DNA of 64,000 nucleotides from Marsupella aquatica (Eukaryota > Plantae > Marchantiophyta). The notes under the pieces are model-generated. The model had not been told where the DNA came from, did not search any database, and saw nothing but the letters and a program-made list of their open reading frames with translations. Where the stretch lies: NCBI GenBank assembly GCA_973895155.1, contig OZ316898.1:2393927-2457926 (forward strand). The letters are read 5' to 3'. How positions within the stretch are numbered: position 1 is the stretch's first letter; each line of letters opens with the position of its first letter. Below are positions 25,901 through 37,416 of this stretch, piece after piece. The position numbers and the translations under genes were made by a program.

Positions 25901-26402
25901 GAAGGGAAGGAAAGCATGTGAGCAAAAATTCAAGATCTCAGCACATAAGCAAGTCAAAGAGAAGGTAAAGAAGAAGGACTTCCTTGGGGCCCTTGCAGTT
26001 TGGGACCATTTCTGCGCCAGCACGGTAGGCTATTATCGTCGGGATTTCTTCTTTCGCGAAAGAGGAATTTTGAGTCGAATGGCGGGCAATCTTCCGGGGG
26101 CGTTGAGAGACCTTACAGCAGCTTTGGAAATTGGCAGAGGTGACTATGATTGCTTCAAGCACCGGGCGTACGTCAAGTTCTTACTGGGGGACAAAGATGG
26201 AGCGCGAGAAGATGCCAAAAAATGCTTGGGCTTCGTCAGAGAGACCCTCTATATCACTTACGAAAGCAATCCGGAGGTCAAACGCCTTCGATTTACTCGG
26301 TACTTAGACTGCGACGACTCTTTGGGAGGATTTCGTCGGTACTTACACTACGACGACTCTTGGGGAGAAGTTAGTTTAGCTTTTCTGGAGTTTGAGCTTT
26401 AA
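19982..26402 (+). CDS. NLR-like receptor copy 2: hydrophobic N-terminus, alpha/beta-hydrolase, NB-ARC, LRR, five TPR-like modules (~1836 aa)
   Basis: Exons 19982-20167, 20398-21030, 21368-21538, 21740-22825 and 22968-26402 (GT-AG, phase 0). Same motifs as copy 1 except Walker B LLVLDN and MHD-equivalent VHD. Confidence 0.85.
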
Positions 26403-26619
26403 ATGACGCTTCCGCTTCTCCTGTATAGTAGTAACCTGCCAAAGGACAAAATGCTCAGATCCCACAGGCGAAAACCGGCAAACAAGCCCAAACAAAACAA
26501 TGCCACAAAAGCTACCAAGAGCCAAAAAAACCCAAAACCCTACCAGGCGAACTGAAGAGCCTGGTAGAGCTTCTTCTCCCTATGAATTTTGATTATGTTG
26601 CTCGGCCTGAGTGCCTGTT

Positions 26620-27205
26620 TAGGACATCCAAGCCTTCTCTGCCAGTTTAAGAGATTCACCATTCCCCTTCACCATGCCCACAATTCTTTGTGTGAATGCA
26701 CCTTTCAGATTTTGTTTCACCATACCCACAATTCTTTGTATGAATGCACCTTTCAGATTTTGTCTTATTCAGATTTTGTCTTATTCAGATTTTGTCTTAT
26801 TCAGATGTTTTGTGTCATGGAATTTTATTTCAATGTGTCTTATCAAGGGGCATATCCAAGCCTTCTCTGCCATTTTCAACATACCCACAATCCTTTGGGG
26901 TGAATGCACCATTCAGATTTGTTTTATTCAAATTTGTTGTGTCATGTATTTTTATTTCAATGTGCCATATCAAGGGGCATCCTTTATATCATATAGATTT
27001 TTGATTAATTTTTGGACCCCTTTAATTTTCTCTGCCATTTTAATAGATTCACCATGCCATTTCACCATGCCCACAATTCTTTGCGGTGAATACTCCTTTC
27101 ACATTTTGTTTTATTCATATTTTGTGTGTCAAGTATTTTTATTTCAATGTGCCTTATCAAAGGGCATCTTTGTATCATATAGATTTTTGATTAATTTTTG
27201 GTATC
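26620..27205. repeat. Degenerate AT-rich tandem repeats (nested 17-bp, ~50-bp and ~180-bp units)
   Basis: CCAT(G/A)CCCACAAT(T/C)CTTTG..TGAAT recurs four times and TTCAGATTTTGTCTTA three times. TTTTATTTCAATGTG and ATCATATAGATTTTTGATTAATTTTTGG are also repeated. Confidence 0.8.
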
Positions 27206-28782
27206 CTAGAGAAATTTGAACTTAATTTTTAATCTTTGTTATCTCTTCTCTTACTAGGTTTCAAGTGTGTGAAACCAATGGTTTTAATATCTACCATTTG
27301 GACAACATTTTTAAGTCTTTTCATGAGTGAGAGATATGATTCTAAATTACATGAACACATCCTGTCTTAAGTTCCCCTCATGGCTTTCCTTCCTAAGTGT
27401 ATGGTTGTATGGTTTTTATTGAATTGACACAAAAAATCACATTCTGTGTCATAGAACTTAACTGCTTTCATTAGTCACTCATTATGTGCTTCTTCTTTTT
27501 TGCATGTGCTCTACTTATATTATTTTATCTCACTCACATTTAATATATATTCTAGTTCTACTCTCTTATTTTATCCACTCATATATCACTACAAGACAAA
27601 CAAATCAAGCATGTTCCAGCATGAGCATGCTATATCCTTGTTCACTTCCACCCTAGCTTAAGTTACTAGAGTGATTGCAATTGAAAGTCATTTAAGGACA
27701 GGCCAGAGACCCTGGAGTCACCTCTCATACAAGAATATTATCGGTTTCTGATATGATTTTAGAAAATGCAATATTGAATCTACATAAATCCCAAATAAAC
27801 AACCTCTTTCCCAAAACTCTTATAATGAGTAATTAACTATCTATTGCCCTAGTGCACCTTTTGTCTTCAATTATTTCAGGTATTTGATGTCCATAAAGGA
27901 GACATTGAAATCCACATCTATTGCTCTAACAACTATAATTAGCTCAGACCTTTATAAACATTTTAAACATTATCGACAAAGTACTGAATCTGAAACGGGT
28001 GTGAACCAATACTAGCTCTCAAATGTGGGAAAGGTAGGCATAGACTTGAAAAATGCTCTTTTCCCTGCTTATCATAACAATCGTCATTTCAACTTGAAAA
28101 ACTGCTCCCCTTGCCAACTAAATTTGGGGTTGGAAATTTTGTACCTCTGGCCCTAACTCTTGACCATCTTCCCACCAATTATGTTTTCATAGACTTTTGT
28201 GTCATGAACCCTAGCTGAGGTTACATTCTTTTAGTGAGTGTTCATTTTATGAAAGGATGAGGACTGCAGAATTTGTGGGTCCATACCCTCAAAGTAAAGG
28301 ACCTGCAAAAGATCACCTAGCCTACATGGAGAATTCTGCAGGAGTGCATTAGCAAGTCTTGATTGAGAGTCCTTGTTTCTATTTTTCCTAATTCCTAAAG
28401 CTGTTTCCATAAGGTTAAGCTACATCATCTCACTCAATGGACTCATTTCGAGACTCATTTGCAAACTGAAGCCAGATGTATTCCCATCTTCTTCAGCGCC
28501 AAGTGATTTTCAGAAATCCAAAGGGATGAGGTGGTTTAGAGACTGAAGAGGGCATTTGCCCTTGGTTACGATTATACCTCCCTAATGCTTCTTAAGAGCA
28601 CAAGAAAGTTACTCATTCTTGTAATTGACAATTGGGATTTTTTCCACATCCAATGTACCTTCGTCTAAATCTTCTGATTAGATAGTGTCACAATCCCCTG
28701 GTCAGATATTTCACTCTCAGCTCAGCGTCTTCTGACAAATTGCCCTTGGCTTCTCAACTGAGGATTGACTTCTGTGTATACT

Positions 28783-29085
28783 TTTTTTTTTTCCTTGAAA
28801 CCAAAAGCTGACACATCCAACAAAGGATAGATGATCAACTCCAGAGCATGCACCTCTGTAGGGTAGACACAAGGGGGTCATACCACTGAAGGGATCTGAC
28901 AGGGACCCAGACCAGGAGGGAGAGAGTGTTGAATCAGGGCCCCAAAGTGGACTAGCCAGGGGCTAAGGAGAAACCAGGACTCCCACCACTACACCTCCAC
29001 AACCCTTGCTGTGGAAGGGGGATTGAACCTTGGACCTCTAAATTCTAGGCTCATCCCCTGGCCAACTGACCAAAGCCAGTTCGTT
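28783..29085 (-). mobile_element. tRNA-derived SINE with poly(A) tail and target-site duplication
   Basis: The minus-strand 5' end has an A-box-like TGGTCAGTTGG and a B-box-like GGTTCAATCC. A T11 run at 28782-28792 is the tail. Flanked by ACTT(C/T)TGTGTATACT at 28768-28782 and 29086-29100. Confidence 0.75.
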
Positions 29086-29261
29086 ACTTTTGTGTATACT
29101 TGGTGCAAAATCTTTGCATTAAAGTAATTGATGGCCTGACTTTTGACTTGCATTTACAGTTGATGGCGTTTGTGGCTGTAGTACTGTTGACAATTGGGTT
29201 GAGTGGTGACTACAAGAGCACCCTCATTTCAGACTTCTTCACATTGTATGTTATGTAGTAT

Positions 29262-29406
29262 AGTTTGCAACAGTCATAATTGAATACTCTCTGCCCAAAG
29301 AGCATGCTTATGTGGTAGCTGCTTATGTGGTAGCTCACTACCGTTTGCAACAAGGTCATAATTAATTACTCTTTGCCCAAAGAGCATGCTTATGTGGTAA
29401 CTCACT
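29262..29406. repeat. Local ~80-bp direct duplication
   Basis: GTTTGCAACA..GTCATAATT.A.TACTCT.TGCCCAAAGAGCATGCTTATGTGGTA occurs twice. Confidence 0.75.
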
Positions 29407-29672
29407 TGAGTAGTGAGCTGATATGTCTCAAATGTTGTGACTGACAGTTCCCATTTTGTGGGGTTTCAAAAATTTCCCCCTTTTATGGAGTTTCAAAGAT
29501 ATCCCCTTTTTGTTATTTTTTAAAAAATTACAGAAAGTCTCTATAGAATGCAATGAGGCGTATATTCAGAAAAGACGATGCACAACAGCTGCGGATCCAG
29601 TTTACATTTTCCTGAGATAAATTCTTTGTGAGGGCTTAAAGACAACCATTTACAGGGGTTACCGATCTGCCT

Positions 29673-29775
29673 TCATCACGGCAGTCGTCTTATAGGACGA
29701 GCAGCAAGTGTCTTGAGCAGCCCCTTGTTCAAGTACTTCACAGTATGAAGTACTGAGGCTGCCCAGTTTAATTAC
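29673..29775 (+). pseudogene. ~100-bp fragment of the NLR hydrolase exon (remnant of a third copy)
   Basis: TCATCACGGCAGTC.TC.TATAGGACGAGCAGCAAGTGTCTTGAG..GCCCCTTGTTCAAGTACTTCACAGTAT.AAGTACTGA.GCTGCCC matches ~20854-20955. TTA is changed to an in-frame TGA. Confidence 0.85.
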
Positions 29776-30514
29776 AGTAAAAGAGTCAAGCTTCCTTCGG
29801 CCTTCAGAACTTTAGTATCACTAAGGGTCACCATGGTCGAACAGGCAAGGACATGTTCAGAAGGCAAGCTCAAGCAAGGAATTGCGTGATATTGAGGCTA
29901 AAGGAAAACCTTGCATGTTGTTTATTCCATCACTTGAAAGATCTTGAGGCGACAAGATGGAACGGAGGCAATGCATTCACAGTCATGCAATGCGCTCCTC
30001 GGTACTTCCCTTAGCAGAATCTCAGACGAAAAATTGAATCAGCAACCAGCTCCATTGAAAGAAATCTGATTTCCAACTGAGCTACTGTACTTCAAGGATT
30101 CTAGAATTCCCCATCCCAATTTCATATCCATTCTCATATGATCTTACGTCCATCCTGCCGTCCCGTATGGCCCGTATGAAGGACAATTGCTATCAACTGC
30201 ATTGACCTGATAAGTCGTGGATCCTGGCTGTGGAAGAGGAACCTTCCATCCGCTGTCTGACTTGATCTACGAGGAAGGCAAGAGACGAAGATAAGACATA
30301 TGACTCATTGTATACATGATCCATGGAGAGCTTAAAATCAGTAATGAGAAAGGCTACTTACCCTCAATCTATTGCAACATTTGATACTGGGTGACATTTA
30401 TGATTTGCAAATCCAATGCCTAGGTTGGTCCTGAATCACCTGATTATACCTGGGCTGCCATCGAGTACTGCTTACTGTCACCTTCTAGCCAGCGCAACAC
30501 AGCTTTCAATCCGG

Positions 30515-33159
30515 TCACCAGTAATCACCACAAGAACAAACCCCATCATTAAACCGGTGAAAGCGATTTGCATCCCTTGCTATAATCTCGCGTCCTGTCA
30601 CCTTAGAGATCAACTTGGTTGCTGTATGGCAATCTGAACACACCCGAAGGTTCTTAGTTACACGAATTGGTTTTTCCCGAGGTATGTGAATTAGTCCGTA
30701 AGCAATAGCCAACCTCTCACTGTGACAGCAAAGCGCTAGTTCTTTATCCTCATGCAACGCAAGCCGGGTATCTGGAATGTAGCCTTCAGCCTTCAGTTTT
30801 TCAGTCAATTTATTGAGCTCAGTATATATCGCCTTCGCTTCGGGGTGAGACGTATCGCCTACAACAAATTCATGGACCTTTTCATCAACTTCAATCCAGC
30901 TACGCCCTGGCTCCTTCCGAACACCTCTCTCTTGCATCATAGTGCGCACCAAAGACACGTTGTCCGACTTGCCAGCTGCAGCATAAATGTTGGAGAGAAG
31001 CACGTATGTAGAGGCCTTACTGGGTTCCAACTTGAAAAGCTTCTGAGCGACAAGTTCGCCCAACTCTACATTACAGTAAGTTCTGCAAGCCCCCAGCAAG
31101 GCTGTCCAAGTTATAAAATTTGGTTCAACTGCCATGTCCCTAATGAAGAGATGTGCTTCCTCCAAGTGTCCAGCCCGCCCAAGAAGATCCACCATGCAGG
31201 TACAATGCACAATGTCAGGCTCGATGCCATACTTTTGCGTCATAGCTGAAAAGAGTCTACGGCCCTCATTAACAAGGCCTCCATGACAACAGGCAGACAA
31301 CACCGCCACGAATGAAGTCCCGTCGGGCCTCACACCGTCTGCGGTCATTTCTCTAAAGAGTTCCAGGGCTTCATTCCCACATCCATGTTGTGCAAGTCCA
31401 CCGATCATTACATTCCATGTGACTACATCTCGTTTCTCCATTCTGTCAAAAACCAGTCGGGCGTCGTCTATACTGCCACTCTTTGCATACATGTGAATCA
31501 GTGAAATGCCCACACGCAAATCTGAATCCAGTCCGGCTTTACTAGCGTAGCCATGAACCTCCTTCACCCATTCCAAAGCCCCCGCACTTGCAGATGGGTT
31601 GAGAATACAAGTATAAGTGAATGCATCTGCTTCGACGCCGTCACGTCGCATTTGGACAAACAGTCGATATGCTTCATGCCCACGTCCATGTTGTGCAAGT
31701 CCACCAATCATTACAGTCCATGTGACAACATCGCGTTTCTCCATTCTGTCAAAAACCAGTTGGGCGTTATCTAAACTGCCACTCTGCGCATACATGTGAA
31801 CCAGTGCATTGCCCACACGCAAATCTGAATCCAGTCCCGCTTTGCTAGCATGGCCATGAACAGCCTTCACCCACTCCAAAGCCTCCGCACTTGCAGGTGC
31901 ATTCAGGATGCTCGCATAAGTGATTGCATTTGGTTCAAAGCCATCACGTCTCATTCGGAGAAAGAGTCGATATGCTTCATGCCCACGTCCATGAAGTGCA
32001 AGTCCACCGATCATTATGTTCCATGTGACAATATTTCGATTAGTCAAATTTTCAAAAACTAGCTTTGCCTCTGTGATGCACCCACACTTCGCATACATTT
32101 GAAGGAGGGCAGACCCTACACGCACATCTGATTCAAAACCGTCATGCCGAATACACATGTGAACTTCTTTTCCCCATTTCAGAGCTGATGGGCTGGCACA
32201 TGCCTTCAATATGGAGAGATATGTGACGTTATTAGGTCGCACACCTTCTTGGGGCATTGATTGGAAAAGTTGAAAGGCGGAGTCATTATCACCGTTCTTA
32301 GCATACGCTGCAATCATCGAGTTCCAATGAATAACCGTCCTCTCCTCGAGCTCTACAAAAACGCGGCGCGCATCCAACAATGCCCCGCATTTGATATACA
32401 CACTCAGGAGGGTGCCTGCCACATATGGAGTCTTATCCATTCCACTCTGGGTCATGTAGTAATGAACTTGCCGGGCCGCTGAAAGGTCCTTCTGTTGCAA
32501 GCACATTTGCAGAATTTTAATATAACTGGACGAGTCTGTAGTAATGCCTCGGCGTAGACGATTCTGCAAACCAGTAATTGCCTCAGTCGTGGTACCGGCG
32601 CTATGCATCTGCGAACTGCCATTCCCTTGTACAGTGTCACGAGACCAATCTCTGGTGCTATAACTGGCATGAGATTGCAATCTGCCTTCAGAAATCAAAT
32701 TGGGCCCTCCCTTCATCCATGCCGGACTTGACCGGCAATCCATCCGAAGTCCATTCCTGAGCACCTCCCCGGTTCTCAGGTCTTGTCTTCCTGAATTCTC
32801 GGTCACCTCGCCTTTAGAGATAGGTGAAGACTGCCCCTTCTCCTCTCTAGGTAGAGGTTCCGGCTGTCGAATCCCCAGCACATGGTTCGCTCTTATACTT
32901 CTAGTTGAATTTGCTTTTATGTCACCTACTCGTTTCGGTTCCACTTTCAAGCTGTCAATGTTCTGTTCACGTGACTCAGTGCTCTGTTGACGTGATTCCA
33001 TCCCACCAACGACTTCAAGTGAAGGGTTCCGGTTCTGCTCAATCATCGTAGCAGCTTCCCTCGAATTGGAAGCTCCTGCGCGAGTTTGAGGGAATTGTGT
33101 CTCCAGTTGTGCTACATTGTTGCCATGCACCTTTGCACCTTGAAAACCAGTGGAGGCAC
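30515..33159 (-). CDS. PLS-class PPR protein with E and DYW cytidine deaminase domains (organellar C-to-U RNA editing factor type); probably a terminal exon
   Basis: P-L-S triplets (e.g. RDVVTWTVMIGGLAQHGRGHEA), PG box KEPGRSWIEV, HSERLAIAYG, KNLRVCSDCH, DANRFHRF and terminal CSCGDYW. The first in-frame ATG is only at 33046, and there is a candidate acceptor at 33160/33159. Confidence 0.95.
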
Positions 33160-33675
33160 CTTGAAAAGCAGGCAAAGTGATCAGCGATGAAGATATACCG
33201 AGACAAAAATGGCACTGATAAAACCCCTCCTCTCTCAAATGCGTTGGAGTCTTTTGACCAGTCCAAAAGAATGACTGAACTCAGAAGACACAAACCCTAA
33301 TCGCCAACTTGTCCAACGAAATTGTGCATCCAAGATGGCAAAACAGAGTGCTATGACCGTCTTTTTTATGAATTCAGATCAGATTATTGTTTAGAGGAGG
33401 ATAGGATTTCATAATTGACTCGCGGGAGAGACTAGCTATTATGATAATTAAAGTATGGGGACGATTCTTAGACGCGATCCACAATTACAGTACACGCATT
33501 TATCAGCAGGTCACAGCAATGGTAACATTTACCAATTTCTTCGTAAATATTTTTTAGATTTTTATACAAGACCGTTAAAACTCCACGGAAGGGGGGGAAC
33601 AAGCAGAGCAAAAAGCCCGGGCAACGAAGCGAGAATGAAAGTCAGGACCATTGGCACATGACCAAGGAGCACTAC

Positions 33676-34755
33676 CTGGTGATGGTTGACTAGAAAGCTG
33701 TTGATAATTCCAATTTCGTTGAAACGAGTCCATACTTGCTACCTCAGTCTGGGACTGACTGCTGGATCCCCTGACCGTAAATTCATCATTAGACTGAACG
33801 AAGGGTTGCCTCCGACCACTGGAGTGTTCGACAAAACATAAGTCCCTCACGACAACCTGACCATCCAAAGCAATAAGATAATGATGGGAGCGAAATGAAA
33901 CGCGAGCTGATATAAGAGAATTTTCTTTTGGCAGCTCTATGATTGGAATGAAAGACATCAAACAAATCAATCATCAGTAGTCGGCGAGAGGACCACGGTA
34001 CCTTGACAATAGTCGACCTAACGTCGTCTTTTACCCTCTCATCTACCACAATCTTTCCCGCGACGAGAATTAGCTCTCCTTTCGCCACATGATGAGCAGC
34101 AATTTCAGCAAGGTCGTCACAAATCTCTAACGTAAACCTGAATCCAGGAAATTACAACCAACGTTAAACGGGCCTAACCCGCATAATCGAAGCGAGAATT
34201 ACTTTGAAGAACCATTTCTCATGGCTCGACTACCAAACTTCACTTTGTAATGCTTGAGATTCTACTAGCACACACATACCAGCTCGGATCCCCGGTTCTT
34301 TGCGATCCCTCATGCACCGCGAGAGTAGTAGTGGCCAAAACCTTGCCGGAATCCAAGTACTTGATCTCAATGTCCCTTCCGACACGGCCCATCAGCTGCA
34401 CACCATTGGCCAAGTCCTTCTCCCACGGTATGACCGGAGGTCGAGGAAACGGGCCTTTCTCCTGCTGCTGCTGCTGCTGCGACGGCCCGCCATTCTGCTC
34501 GTACGCTTCCGCAACCATTCTGTTCGGCCTCCTTCCGTCTCCCTCTTGATAGTATGTCCTCCTGGAAGCCACAGGCCTCACATTGGACAGAGCCCACCGA
34601 GGGGGAATCCGTTGTTCCTCAGTGAGCCCTCTCCAGGACAAATGAGAACAGGCAGAACTCGACGCCCATTTGCTGCTGAGGGGTTTGAGGCCTGCAGAGA
34701 TGGCAGCAGAGGAGACGACTCCCCCTCTCTGAGTGGGTGCCAATCCTGCCGCCAT
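33676..34755 (-). CDS. Organelle-targeted single-stranded DNA-binding (SSB/OSB-like OB-fold) coding exons
   Basis: Exons 34755-34280, 34137-34002 and 33856-33676 (or read-through to the stop at 33575). An Ala/Ser/Arg-rich transit-peptide-like N-terminus is followed by RPPVIPWEKDLANGVQLMGRVGRDIEIKYLDSGKVLATTTLAV...SWFTLEICDDLAEIAAHHVAKGELILVAGKI...VKVVVRDLCFVE. Confidence 0.85.
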
Positions 34756-37382
34756 GGATTCGTGAGGCAGCAGCATAACTGAGCTGTGGCAGCTTCAGAT
34801 GAGATTGTTGGGCTCCTCCCCAAACGGATTACTCACTTCGAGGAATGCGATTACTTTGTACATGACTGTGTTGCCTCAAATTTTTATGCAAAAAATGCGT
34901 CAGACAGGAAAAGATGGACCGCGAGATTTGAAGAAATGCTTGGATGGACCAGAGGAACCGCGTCAGAAAATTGTTTCTGGCTCCGATCACATGTTTTACA
35001 ATTCTGTTCAAAAACTGACCTGCACAATCGTTCTGACCGATAGAAGCTGGTACTCTGTTAGAATCAACCGGAAATCAGTCATTGATTTCGTGTGCACCGG
35101 GAGAGTTTTCATTGTAGCTTGTTGTGTTGTGATGGTTCCCACGATAATTGTCGATCTTCCTGCTTGATCCGCATCTTGAAGAGTGTTTTCATCTGGACGT
35201 TCACAGTTCCACTGCTCCGATTGAATCGAAAGCTGTGTTTGCAATTGAATTAGAACAAATGCTTCTTGCCCCAATTGAGCCCGCAACAACATCGCAAGAA
35301 CCAGAACCCGAACATCAATAAACTGACCATTGAATGAGGGACCCGACTGTGCGAATGCAATCGAGGCCGCAGAAGGAGACACCAGCGCACTCAACCACAA
35401 GAAATCCAGGCCCACTAATTTTGCTCAAAGTAAGCCAGTATGCTTCAGACATGGGGAGAGGCAAGACATGGGGAGAGGCAAGAGCTATTAGGGCTGCTCA
35501 AACCATGGCTGTCACTGGTTACGAGTTGGCCGTAAGGACTGAGTTATTACGAGAGCCATAAAAGTACGAGAGCCATAAAAGTTGCCGAAGGCCAAAATCA
35601 ACTTCGGTAAGAAAGTGTCTGGGCAGCTGACCAAAAGAGTAACTTTAACTTTGAATCTGCGTTATCATAACATAGAGTCATCCAGGGACAGATAAGACAT
35701 GTCAATCAGAAAAGACATGCCAATCACTGTGTATTAATAGAACTCTATTGTAACCCCTTGTTGAGATAATAGGCTTGGGTCTGTCCGACAAGGACGGGCC
35801 AAAAGCACTTACTTTGAGCAGGAGTACCGATAACTCTTCCCTTATGGCACTGGTCAATGTGTAGAGCGTGTCAAAGTTCTACTATAACACTTTGGTTACG
35901 GCTTTATTTTTTTTGGATGTGCCACCTTTATGGAGTACATACTTTGGTAACTCATAACTATTATGTCCTGGCAATAAATGTGTTTTATGTCCTGAGCAGT
36001 AACTTAGGTACAACTGTACTTTTACACTCCCTAATGGCTTGTAAAGTCTGGTCATAAGGTGTTTTATGGGCACAACTAGTGTCTTATAACTTTTCCTTAT
36101 GGCCTTACTTTGAGGCACCTAATAAGGGCATATACATACACAGCAGCCTCTGAAAGCACAAGCCGCAAGCCAAAAGAACGCCTAAAGCTACCTTGAAAGA
36201 CCTGTTCATTCGGGTTCAGCCATATCATCCACAGAATCTGGTAGACCAGGAAAACCCACACTCCATGGAGGTTGCCCGACCATCTCACCCACCTCCATTC
36301 TTCCTCATCCAACCAAAGCTTGCATGTCACTTCGGAGCCCAAACAAAGCAATTCAGAGACAAGTCTGTTATTCCATGTAACTCTGCTTCAAACAGACGGG
36401 CAAGCAAGACAACATTCAAAGTAGGACAAGGGCAAGGGGCAGGGAGTAGGATCACTCCCTCTGACACCCCCAGGGGCCCAAATATACATAATGCCAAGGT
36501 GTACACAGTATTCTAAATATATGAGTTTTGACTTTAGAGCCAAAGGGAATGCATTGTACTGTCACTTTACAGGGGCAGAGGGTGTCCCTAGAGTTTAACA
36601 GGGAGTGTGAAGGAAAATCATACTCCCTACTGCCGTATTTGTACACTCCTCACTCCCTGGAAAATCTGTGATCTTATTGGCTCAAACCTGCTGACACACA
36701 TGTGCACTCCCTCGAGTGGAACCTAGCCCCATGGAACCTAGCCCTTAGCCCTCATTCCACTCCCTCGAGCTCCAGAGCATAAGCATCCTAGAATCAGGCA
36801 AAGATAAACTCCAAAGGTGTCTGTGAAATATCAGGAGACACAATTTTCCTGTGGGCCAAACTGCTAAGAAGACCCACCCAACCAATTATTCCCACCAGGG
36901 AACTCAACTAAAGAATTATAACTCCAGAGGGCATTAGCAAGCTCTGTCTATGCTCAACATCAGACAAATAAATATATGCCAAAGTGCCGAAAGGCAAAAA
37001 AGCAAAAATGCCAAACGGGAGACAGGATTGCAAAGACAAAGCCACCCAATAAAGGGGAGGCAAGAAGAAGGGGGGAGGGCCCCAAACAGACCTAAATGGT
37101 CCACCAAGGCAAGGAGTAGCCCACCACAACCAAGCCATCAGGTGGCATTGCCCCTTTTTGCCTGGAGTCCAATCTAGCACACCCCAAGCATCCAACTACC
37201 ACACCCCTGGATCAAGCTGAGCCAAAGAGGGTTGTGGTTCAGGCGAGGCCATGGAGCAACTGTTCCTTTGCTCCCACTCAACTTACATCTCTATTCCCTT
37301 GGAGTCTTTCCCTTGTTTCCTCCCCTTGTTTGGTCTCTTGCCTTTGAGATCTTGTCTCCCTCTCCTAAGTTTTTTGTTCTTT

Positions 37383-37383
<1 letters not shown>

Positions 37384-37415
<32 letters not shown>
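37384..37415. repeat. (GT)n microsatellite
   Basis: About 16 GT units. Confidence 0.95.

Positions 37416-37416
<1 letters not shown>

Larger units (their letters stand above)
16660..26590 (+). repeat. Tandem segmental duplication unit 2
   Basis: Colinear with 6270-15450, apart from insertions at ~17143-17945 and ~26423-26570. Confidence 0.9.

Noticed and set aside
26589-27219. Cys/Phe-rich ORFs of 86-181 aa
   Set aside because: Translation of AT-rich tandem repeats.
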